This document shows, one piece after another, positions 19,811 through 27,665 of a stretch of 64,000 bases of DNA (within the stretch, counting starts at the first letter, position 1; every line of letters starts with the position of its first letter). Made by a program: the position numbers and the translations under genes. Origin of the DNA: Nitrospirota bacterium (GTDB taxonomy: Bacteria > Nitrospirota > Thermodesulfovibrionia > UBA6902); NCBI GenBank assembly GCA_016214845.1, contig JACRMS010000028.1, positions 16,070 through 80,069 on the forward strand, in the 5' to 3' direction. The notes under the pieces were generated by a model that was not told the DNA's origin, did no database searches, and was given only the letters and a program-made list of their open reading frames with translations.

Positions 19811-20359
19811 ATGCAAGACCTTTCATTACACATCCTCGACATCGTTGAGAACTCGATAAACGCAAGCGCCACAGAGATCGGGATAAAGATCGTTGAAGAC
19901 ACCAAAGTAAATATTCTCTCCGTTGAAATAAGCGACAACGGCAGGGGCATGGATGAGGAGATGCTGAAAAAGGTCCATGACCCTTTCTTTACCACAAAGT
20001 GCAAGCGGACAGGCCTGGGCATCCCGCTGCTTGCGCAGTCGGCAAAGGAATGTAATGGTGATCTGACTATAAAAACGGGGTCGGGCATAGGCACAACGAT
20101 CAGCGCGCGTTTTCAGTTTGACCATATCGACAGGAAGCCTCTTGGAGATATCTGCAAGACAATGATCGTCCTGATCGCCTCGAATCCTGATGTTGATTTC
20201 ATTTATGAGCACAGGAGAAATGATGAATCTTACGTCCTGAATACCTCTGAAATCAAGAAGGAATTGGATGATGTTCCGATCAATTTACCCGATGTGATAA
20301 AAATTATTAAAGATGATATAAGCGCATGGTTAATTAGTACAAACATTATGATACAATAG
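19811..20359 (+). CDS. Histidine-kinase-like ATP-binding (HATPase) protein
   Basis: LHILDIVENS, DNGRGM, DPFFTTK, GLGIPL, DHIDRKPLGD. Confidence 0.88.
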   Translation: MQDLSLHILDIVENSINASATEIGIKIVEDTKVNILSVEISDNGRGMDEEMLKKVHDPFFTTKCKRTGLGIPLLAQSAKECNGDLTIKTGSGIGTTISARFQFDHIDRKPLGDICKTMIVLIASNPDVDFIYEHRRNDESYVLNTSEIKKELDDVPINLPDVIKIIKDDISAWLISTNIMIQ

Positions 20360-20444
20360 GCTCGAACGTACCATTAATTAAATCAGCACATATTATTTTA
20401 CCTATGGAGTCAGGCAAAAAAATATATATGACGAAGGGGGCTGT

Positions 20445-21209
20445 ATGGAAAAAGGCAGAATATTAGTACTCGATGACGATCCTGTTGTGACCCTGAGCTG
20501 CAAGAGAATACTCGGCGCAGAAGGCTACAGCATTTCAACTGTCGAAAAAGGAGAAGACGCCCTCAATAAACTCGCCAAGGAAGATTTCGACCTCCTCATC
20601 TCCGACGTAAGACTGCCTGATATCAGCGGCATGACCGTGCTCAAAGAGGCACGGGTCATCAAGCCGAAGACGGACGTTGTAATAATCACCGGCTATCCCA
20701 CGCTCGAAGACGCAAGGGAATCCACAAGGCTCGGCGCTCATGAGTATATTGAAAAGCCCTTCACGCCTGATTTCATGATCAATGTCGCAAAGAAGATCTT
20801 CGACACAAGGGGCTGGATCCTCAGGCAGGCGTTCATCGACGAGTTCAGGGATTCCGTCACCCCGCTGAGGGACCAGGAAAATCCGGTCATCTTTTATAAG
20901 GAAGGGACCTGGGCAAGGCCCGTCAAGGACGGCATGTGGGAGATCGGCTGCGATCTCAGATACTGGATGTTGGCGGGAAATCTCATGTACGTTGATTTAA
21001 TGAAGGACATAGATAAACTGGAAGCGGGGAGGCCCTTCGCAAGAATTTACTCAAGCGGCGGACAGGGGAGCGAACTGCTTTCTCCGATGAACGGGGAAAT
21101 AACTGAAGTCAATACAAAGGCGAACGATGTAATGGTCGCTCTATTGAAAGACCATTTGTCCGAAGGCTGGCTCCTGTGGCTTGCAAAAGTATTGCCGATA
21201 GGAAGTTAG
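20445..21209 (+). CDS. Receiver domain fused to GcvH-like (lipoyl-carrier-fold) domain
   Basis: N-terminal LDDD/ISDVRLP/EKPF; C-terminal GTWAR..GMWEIG...LMYVDL...LLSPMNGEITEVN...EGWL. Confidence 0.8.
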   Translation: MEKGRILVLDDDPVVTLSCKRILGAEGYSISTVEKGEDALNKLAKEDFDLLISDVRLPDISGMTVLKEARVIKPKTDVVIITGYPTLEDARESTRLGAHEYIEKPFTPDFMINVAKKIFDTRGWILRQAFIDEFRDSVTPLRDQENPVIFYKEGTWARPVKDGMWEIGCDLRYWMLAGNLMYVDLMKDIDKLEAGRPFARIYSSGGQGSELLSPMNGEITEVNTKANDVMVALLKDHLSEGWLLWLAKVLPIGS

Positions 21210-21215
21210 CAACAA

Positions 21216-21291
21216 GTAACTGAAGTTATGAAGTTGAGAGGGTGTGAAGTTGAGACTTCTTATCTTCTCAATTTCTTAACTTCATAACTTC
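21216..21291. repeat. Inverted octamer arrays (GAAGTT-type)
   Basis: gaagttatgaagttgagagggtgtgaagttgaga ... tctcaatttcttaacttcataacttc. Confidence 0.65.
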
Positions 21292-21331
21292 TATAATATT
21301 TCTGTATTCTTGAAAGTTAGGGAGGCTTTTG

Positions 21332-22201
21332 ATGGCAGACAATCTGAAAATCCTTGTCGTTGACGATGAGCCTATTGTTATAAAAAGCTGCGTGGCCGTG
21401 CTCAAGGCCGAAGGATATAACATCGAAGGTACGCTGAGCGGAAAAGACGCGATACTCAAGATGGAGCAAAACCCCTACGACCTCGTTTTCACTGACCTGA
21501 AGATGCCTGAAGTTGACGGCATAACCCTTATCAGATGGATCAAGCAAAAAAGACCTGACACGGGGATAGTGATAATCACAGGCTATCCTTCGCAGGACAC
21601 GATCAAAGACGCGCTTGAATTAGGCATTATTGATTACGTTCCGAAACCTTTTACCCCGGCAGTGCTTCTTGACGTGACCCAAAGAGCGGTTGAATGGGTA
21701 AAAGGAAAAGTCCCTGTAACAGAGGAAGTCAAAGAAGAATTCCCGCCTTCCATGATCCAGGAAATAGACAGGGTGATAAAACAGTATAAAAATAAACCCG
21801 GCAGTTCGATACCCGTGCTGCAGCGCTGCCAGCAGATAGTGGGTTATCTCCCTCCTGTTGTGCAGAAACGCATCGCAAGGGGTTTGAATATAACCCCTGC
21901 TGAGATCCACAGCATTGTTACCTTCTATTCCTTTTTCACAATGAAGCCCAGAGGCGACCACAACATCAGGATATGCCTCGGCACTGCGTGTTACGTTAAA
22001 AGGGTTGAAGAAGTCCTGAACAAGATAAAAGAAGATTTGAAACTGGAAGTCGGCGAAGTGACTTCGGACAAAAAATTCTCTCTGGAAACAGTCCGCTGCC
22101 TCGGCGCGTGCGGCCTTGCGCCTGTCATGGTCATTGATGATGAGACCTACGGCGCAATGAGCCCGAAGAAAGTGCCTGAGATCATCGAACAGTATAAATG
22201 A
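21332..22201 (+). CDS. Receiver domain fused to NuoE/HydC-like [2Fe-2S] subunit
   Basis: VVDDE, FTDLKMP, PKPF, then GYLP, VTFYSFF, CLGTAC, CLGACGLAP; GGAGG RBS. Confidence 0.9.
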   Translation: MADNLKILVVDDEPIVIKSCVAVLKAEGYNIEGTLSGKDAILKMEQNPYDLVFTDLKMPEVDGITLIRWIKQKRPDTGIVIITGYPSQDTIKDALELGIIDYVPKPFTPAVLLDVTQRAVEWVKGKVPVTEEVKEEFPPSMIQEIDRVIKQYKNKPGSSIPVLQRCQQIVGYLPPVVQKRIARGLNITPAEIHSIVTFYSFFTMKPRGDHNIRICLGTACYVKRVEEVLNKIKEDLKLEVGEVTSDKKFSLETVRCLGACGLAPVMVIDDETYGAMSPKKVPEIIEQYK

Positions 22202-22207
22202 AAAAAT

Positions 22208-22401
22208 ATCCGCAGATGACACAGATGAACACAGATTGTTATTTGGATATTGGATAAATGTGAAACACGAATGTATGTCATTCCCGCAAGTGAAGCGCAT
22301 CGGGAATCCTTCTTAAAGAAAGATTCCGGACAAGCCGGAATGACTGATACAGTTTGTAAACAATAAATATTTTATCTGTGAAATCTGCGTAATCTGTGGA
22401 C
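22208..22401. repeat. Inverted nonamer arrays (CACAGAT-type) enclosing a REP-like element at 22276-22344
   Basis: atccgcagatgacacagatgaacacagatt ... atctgtgaaatctgcgtaatctgtggac; inner tgtcattcccgc...gccggaatgac. Confidence 0.75.
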
Positions 22402-22415
22402 ATAAAGGAGTCAAC

Positions 22416-22799
22416 ATGGCGAGATTAACCATTGAGGACCTAAAGAAGATAAAGGAAAAACAGCACGCCACCTTCACTCTCAGGGAAGGCGGATACAGGG
22501 CGAAGGTCACAGTCCACATGGGCACATGCGGGATCGCCGCCGGAGCGAGAGAGATCATGGCGGCCCTGCTTGATGAAATAGCCCAGTCAAAGGCTGAAGA
22601 CATAATTACAACAACCTCAGGCTGCGCTGGGCTTTGCGCGCGCGAGCCGATGATAACCGTTGAGGTGCTGAACAAACCGCCGGTGAAATACGGCGACCTG
22701 ACAGCAGAAAAGCTGAGAGAGATATTTAAAGAGCACGTTCTGGGCGGCAACCCTGTAGAAAAATACGCGCTGGTTGCAGGAAGTGAAACAACGTATTAA
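22416..22799 (+). CDS. Thioredoxin-like (2Fe-2S) ferredoxin, HydD/HndB-like
   Basis: VHMGTCGIAAGAR, SGCAGLCAREP, EHVLGG. Confidence 0.88.
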   Translation: MARLTIEDLKKIKEKQHATFTLREGGYRAKVTVHMGTCGIAAGAREIMAALLDEIAQSKAEDIITTTSGCAGLCAREPMITVEVLNKPPVKYGDLTAEKLREIFKEHVLGGNPVEKYALVAGSETTY

Positions 22800-22804
22800 A
22801 AGCA

Positions 22805-22870
22805 GGGCTTAGGGGTCAGGGATTGGGGATTGGTTTTTCACTAACCCCTAAGCCCTAACCCCCAACCCCT
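22805..22870. repeat. Inverted heptamer arrays (GGGATTR)n ... (YAACCCC)n
   Basis: ggggtcagggattggggattgg ... ctaacccctaagccctaacccccaacccct. Confidence 0.75.
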
Positions 22871-22889
22871 ATTCTCAGAGGAGATTGTA

Positions 22890-24761
22890 ATGGAAAAGTA
22901 TCGTGCAAACTTACTAATGTGTGCGGGAACAGGCTGCGTAGCAAGCGGGACCCCCAAGGTAAAAGCTGCCTTGCAGGAAGAGCTGCAGAAGAGGGGGCTT
23001 GCCGATGAGATAAAGATCGTACTCACCGGGTGTAACGGGTTCTGCGCTGAGGGGCCTGTCATGCTCGTTTATCCTGATGAGATTTTTTACCAGAAGCTCA
23101 CCGTTGAAGATATTCCAAAGCTTGTTGAAGAACATTTTCTTAAAGGGCGTCCTTATGAAAAATTGATGTTCAGGGAGCCGGAGAAAAAGTCGGCGATCCC
23201 CCTGATGAAGGACATACCGTTCTTCAAACACCAGGTGCTGAGGGTCCTGAGAAACAAAGGTTTGATAGACCCTGAAAGCCTTGACGAATACATTGCAAGG
23301 GACGGCTACATGGCTGCCGCAAAGGCCCTCCATGAAATGACGTCAGCGGACATAATAAAGGTCATGAAAGACTCAGGGATCAGGGGGCGCGGCGGCGCGG
23401 GATTTCCAACGGGAATGAAATGGGATTTCGCATCAAAGTCGGTTGCGGACCAGAAATTCATGCTATGTAACGGAGACGAAGGAGACCCCGGCGCGTTCAT
23501 GGACAGGTCGGTCATGGAGGCAGACCCGCATTCGGTAATAGAGGGAATGATGATAGGCGCAAAGGCCATTGGCGCGAGCAAGGGCGTTATTTATGTAAGA
23601 GCTGAATATCCGCTGGCGGTAAAGCGCCTGCAATTGGCAATAGACAAATGCCGCGAGGCGGGACTGTTAGGAGAAAATATTCTCGGCAGCGGCTTTAACT
23701 TCGACCTTGAAATATATCTTGGCGCCGGTGCGTTCGTATGCGGTGAGGAGACCGCGCTCATGCGCTCAATTGAAGGCAAGCGCGGGATGCCGAGACCAAG
23801 ACCGCCCTTCCCTGCCCACAAAGGTTTATGGGACAAGCCTTCGGTCCTGAACAATGTCGAAACCCTCGCCCAGGTAGCGCCGATCATTCTGAACGGGGCT
23901 GATTGGTATAAAACCCTGGGCACTGAAAAAAGCACCGGCACAAAAGTATTCGCCCTCACCGGCGACATCAGGAACGTGGGCCTTGTCGAGGTCCCGATGG
24001 GGATCCCGCTGAGGACCATAATTTATGACATCGGCGGCGGGATGAAGAACAAGAAAAAGAAATTCAAGTCAGTGCAGATGGGAGGGCCTTCAGGAGGCTG
24101 CATCCCTGAAAGCCATATTGATATCCCGGTCACATATGAAGACGTTGTCAAGACCGGCGCCATCATGGGTTCAGGCGGCATGGTCGTCATGGACGAAGAC
24201 ACCTGCATGGTGAGCACTGCAAAATTTTTCCTTGAATTCACCGCTGACGAATCCTGCGGCAAATGTACGCCGTGCAGAGTCGGCACGAGGGTAATGCTTG
24301 ATATGCTCACCGACATCACGGAGGGCAGGGGAAAAGACGGTGACATTGAAACGCTTCAGGACCTGAGCAGGGACATTATTTTAACGTCTCTTTGCGGTCT
24401 CGGGCAGACAGCCCCAAACCCTGTCCTTTCGACGATCAGATATTTTAAAAATGAATATGAATCACACATCATTGACAACTGGTGCAAGACGGGCATATGC
24501 AGGAACCTCTGTTCCTTCCATATATTTGAAGACCTCTGCAAAGGATGCGGCGCATGTTTAAGAGGATGCCCACAGCAGGCGATCGTCGGCGAGAAGAAAC
24601 AGCCCCACCGGATCATCCAGGAGCTCTGCATACAATGCAGGAACTGTTACGACACATGTAAGTTCGGATCAATAAAGATAGGCCCGAAAGGGTGCAAAGA
24701 CATAAAAGCCATGCGCGAGCTTTTGGAGAAGGTTGAGAAAGTTGAGGAGGTCAAGGGATGA
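22890..24761 (+). CDS. NuoF/HydB/HndC-family NAD(P)H flavoprotein with N-terminal [2Fe-2S] and C-terminal 2x[4Fe-4S] domains
   Basis: CAGTGC/CNGFC, GRGGAGF, NGDEGDPGAFMDRS, GGPSGGC, ESCGKCTPC, CKGCGACLRGCP, CIQCRNCYDTC. Confidence 0.93.
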   Translation: MEKYRANLLMCAGTGCVASGTPKVKAALQEELQKRGLADEIKIVLTGCNGFCAEGPVMLVYPDEIFYQKLTVEDIPKLVEEHFLKGRPYEKLMFREPEKKSAIPLMKDIPFFKHQVLRVLRNKGLIDPESLDEYIARDGYMAAAKALHEMTSADIIKVMKDSGIRGRGGAGFPTGMKWDFASKSVADQKFMLCNGDEGDPGAFMDRSVMEADPHSVIEGMMIGAKAIGASKGVIYVRAEYPLAVKRLQLAIDKCREAGLLGENILGSGFNFDLEIYLGAGAFVCGEETALMRSIEGKRGMPRPRPPFPAHKGLWDKPSVLNNVETLAQVAPIILNGADWYKTLGTEKSTGTKVFALTGDIRNVGLVEVPMGIPLRTIIYDIGGGMKNKKKKFKSVQMGGPSGGCIPESHIDIPVTYEDVVKTGAIMGSGGMVVMDEDTCMVSTAKFFLEFTADESCGKCTPCRVGTRVMLDMLTDITEGRGKDGDIETLQDLSRDIILTSLCGLGQTAPNPVLSTIRYFKNEYESHIIDNWCKTGICRNLCSFHIFEDLCKGCGACLRGCPQQAIVGEKKQPHRIIQELCIQCRNCYDTCKFGSIKIGPKGCKDIKAMRELLEKVEKVEEVKG

Positions 24762-27223
24762 TTAATCTGACCATTAACGGTAAAAAAATTACTGCTGAAG
24801 ACGGAGCGACAATACTGCAGGCCGCGCTGAAAAACAATATTCATATACCCAACCTCTGCTACGACAAAAGGCTCAGGCCCTACGGCGGATGCAGGCTGTG
24901 CATAGTTGAGGTCGAGGGACAGGCGAGGCTCTTTGCGGCCTGTTCGTCCCCTGCTGAAAACGGCATGGTCGTCACCACGGACACGCCCAAACTCAGGAAG
25001 CTGCGCCAGACGGTCATCGAGCTGCTTTTAGTCCACCATCCGCTCGATTGTCCTGAATGCGACAAGGCGGGTGAATGCCAGCTGCAGGACCTTGCTTATG
25101 AATGCGGCAAGCCCGAAGCGCGTTTTTTAAGACACAGGAAAGAGGCCACGGCAGACGTCAGGGGGCCGTTGATCGAGTTGACCTCAAGAAGATGCATACT
25201 CTGCGGAAAGTGCGTGAGGATATGCGCTGAACACCAGGGAAGAGGCGCGCTCGGTTTGATCGGAAGAGGTTTTCCCACAGTCGTTCAGCCCGCCTTCGGT
25301 GAGATACTTGAATGCGATTACTGCGGGCAGTGCCTCGACATCTGTCCCACGGGGGCGATACTGAGCAAGCCTTATAAATTCACTTCGCGCTCGTGGTTCC
25401 TTGAAGAGAAGGACACCATCTGCCCGTTCTGCGGCGTCGGCTGCACCCTCACCATCGGCATCAGGGAAGGAAAGATACTGAGGTCCAGGGGAGAGGAAGG
25501 CAAAGGCGTCAATGACGGAAACCTCTGCGGAAGGGGCAGGTTCGGCATTGATTATATCTACAACGAAAAGCGCCTGAAAAAACCGTTAATTAAAAAGGGC
25601 GACGAACTGGTCCCTGTCTCATGGGAAGAGGCCTTGTCCTATATTTCAAACAAACTGAACGCTGTGATAAAAAATCACGGAGCGGCTTCAATAGGAGCCA
25701 TCGGCTCTCCGAGATGCACCAACGAAGATAATTATGTCCTGCAAAAATTCATGAGGAAGGTAATCGGAACAAACAATATTGATTCCTCCGCCGCATTCGG
25801 CTACAACAAAGTGCAGAAGGCATGGGAAATGTCCTTCGGCGGGAAAAACCATCCCATAGACCTGAGATATCCTCTGGGCAAAGAGGCCATCCTTATAATC
25901 GAATCAAACATCAGCGTCACACACCCGGTGTACGGGCTTAACATCCTCCAGGCAAAAAGAGAAGGCGCTAAACTCATTGTCGCTGACTCAAGAGAGACAA
26001 AGCTGACAAAACACAGCACGCAGTGGCTCAGTATCAAGGACGGCACAGGCGTCGCCTTTTTAAACGGATTAATGAAAGTCATCATCGACAGGGAACTTTA
26101 TGATAAAGACGCCGCGTCAAAGATATCAGGTTTCTCGTCTCTAAAATCAGCCTTGGCAAATTACACCCTTAAAAACGTCTCAGATATTACAGGCATCCCG
26201 GAAGATGAAATCATCTCTGCCGCAGAAACATTTGCAAAGGCAAAGAGCAGGATGGTCTCACTTACTGTCAGCGCGTCTGAAAACACAAAAGGCATGGACA
26301 CAGTGCTTGCCGCCGCGAACCTCGTCAATCTTTTAGGTGACAGCCCTGAGGCCCTGCAAATTCCCGCGAACTACTCAAACAGCTACGGTCTCTACCAGAT
26401 GGGCGTAAGGCCCTTCCAGCAGCCGCTGAACATGGGCGTCTTCGAGATGCTTTACAGTGAAGAGAGCTCGCTCAAGTCGCTGTATATCATGGGAGAAGAC
26501 CCGGCAGTCACATTCCCCGACAGCGCAAAGATAATAAAGAGATTGAAGTCCCTTGATTTCCTCGTGGTGCAGGATATCTTCCTCACTGAAACCGCAAAGC
26601 TTGCAAACGTGGTGCTGCCCGCGTCAAGCTGGGCCGAAAAAGACGGGACCTTCATGAATGCAGAAGGCGTCCTGCAAAAAGTTTACAAACTGACAGACCC
26701 CGCAGGCGAATCATATCCGGACTGGATGATACTGAAAAATCTCGCCCTGACCATGGGCAAAGACGCGGGAGTCAAAAACCTGCAGGGTATCCAGGAGGAA
26801 ATAAAATCTCTTATCTCAGCCCACGACCCGGCAGGGGAGAAAAAGACGTTCAACCCTGTAGAGTATAAACCTGGAGAGGACCCGAATCCTGATTATCCGC
26901 TGAAGCTTGTGATAAGGGATGTCCTTCAGCACTCAGGCAGCATGTCCACAAGCTCCAAATCACTCGACCTCGTTATCTCCGAGGCATTGCTTGAAATAAA
27001 TGAGGAAGACGCAAAGAGGCACGGCATACTCGATAACAGTCATGTGAAGCTGGTCTCAAAACGCGGGTCCGTGTACCTGAAGGCCCAATATTCAGATGAA
27101 ATTCCAGAAGGCACGGTCTTTGTGCCCACGCACTTCCCTTACGCAAAGATAAACGCTCTCACTCAGGCCTCCTCAAACGGCGAGCCGCCGATCATTGCGG
27201 TGAATGTCGAGGCTACGAAGTAG
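24758..27223 (+). CDS. NuoG/FdhA-like Fe-S oxidoreductase large subunit (molybdopterin-oxidoreductase fold, no Mo-ligand Cys/Sec)
   Basis: Same five Fe-S motifs as NuoG; TNNIDSSAAFG where formate dehydrogenases have NNxDxCARxC/UH; VVQDIFLTETA..A.VVLPA. Confidence 0.88.
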   Translation: MINLTINGKKITAEDGATILQAALKNNIHIPNLCYDKRLRPYGGCRLCIVEVEGQARLFAACSSPAENGMVVTTDTPKLRKLRQTVIELLLVHHPLDCPECDKAGECQLQDLAYECGKPEARFLRHRKEATADVRGPLIELTSRRCILCGKCVRICAEHQGRGALGLIGRGFPTVVQPAFGEILECDYCGQCLDICPTGAILSKPYKFTSRSWFLEEKDTICPFCGVGCTLTIGIREGKILRSRGEEGKGVNDGNLCGRGRFGIDYIYNEKRLKKPLIKKGDELVPVSWEEALSYISNKLNAVIKNHGAASIGAIGSPRCTNEDNYVLQKFMRKVIGTNNIDSSAAFGYNKVQKAWEMSFGGKNHPIDLRYPLGKEAILIIESNISVTHPVYGLNILQAKREGAKLIVADSRETKLTKHSTQWLSIKDGTGVAFLNGLMKVIIDRELYDKDAASKISGFSSLKSALANYTLKNVSDITGIPEDEIISAAETFAKAKSRMVSLTVSASENTKGMDTVLAAANLVNLLGDSPEALQIPANYSNSYGLYQMGVRPFQQPLNMGVFEMLYSEESSLKSLYIMGEDPAVTFPDSAKIIKRLKSLDFLVVQDIFLTETAKLANVVLPASSWAEKDGTFMNAEGVLQKVYKLTDPAGESYPDWMILKNLALTMGKDAGVKNLQGIQEEIKSLISAHDPAGEKKTFNPVEYKPGEDPNPDYPLKLVIRDVLQHSGSMSTSSKSLDLVISEALLEINEEDAKRHGILDNSHVKLVSKRGSVYLKAQYSDEIPEGTVFVPTHFPYAKINALTQASSNGEPPIIAVNVEATK

Positions 27224-27287
27224 AGACTGCCGGACATCTTTCCAATGGTTGCAGAGGGCAAGGGCAGAGAGCATAGAGTTGAAAGCT

Positions 27288-27650
27288 CTACTCATCCCTG
27301 TGAACAGTTTCAGGTGAGAATGCAGGGCGACATACTGCGATATATTCCGCTCCTTCACTGCCTGGGGTGCTGTACTGCACCCATTCTCCACGGTGAACGA
27401 TTACAGCCTCACCCGCATTTACATCTATGATTTTGTCTTTTGTTGTGACCCGAAGCATACCTCTGAGTACGAGTGTATATTCATCAAACTCAGGCTGCTG
27501 GCCGGGCTCGATCCAGCCGCCTGGGCTTTTCATCCTGGCGATGCTCAGGTCTTCTGTTCTGGAATTCACCCTTCCGAGATACTCTTCTATGATCTTCGGC
27601 TTGTTTCCCGCGGCAGTGATGACGGATGGTTTCCTGATCAATGTCGGCAT
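27288..27650 (-). CDS. Cupin-domain protein
   Basis: EPGQQPEFDEYTLVLRG...AGEAVIV...WVQYSTP, AVCRPAFSP. Confidence 0.85.
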   Translation of the reverse strand: MPTLIRKPSVITAAGNKPKIIEEYLGRVNSRTEDLSIARMKSPGGWIEPGQQPEFDEYTLVLRGMLRVTTKDKIIDVNAGEAVIVHRGEWVQYSTPGSEGAEYIAVCRPAFSPETVHRDE

Positions 27651-27665
27651 CTGAAAATCCCTATG

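Noticed and set aside
24758..27223. Formate dehydrogenase alpha subunit or selenoprotein
   Set aside because: No Cys/Sec-His at the Mo-ligand position and no in-frame TGA; the ORF is continuous
22890..27223. [FeFe]-hydrogenase
   Set aside because: No H-cluster motifs (TSCxPxW, MPCxxKxxE, ExMxCxxGCxxG) recognised in any ORF
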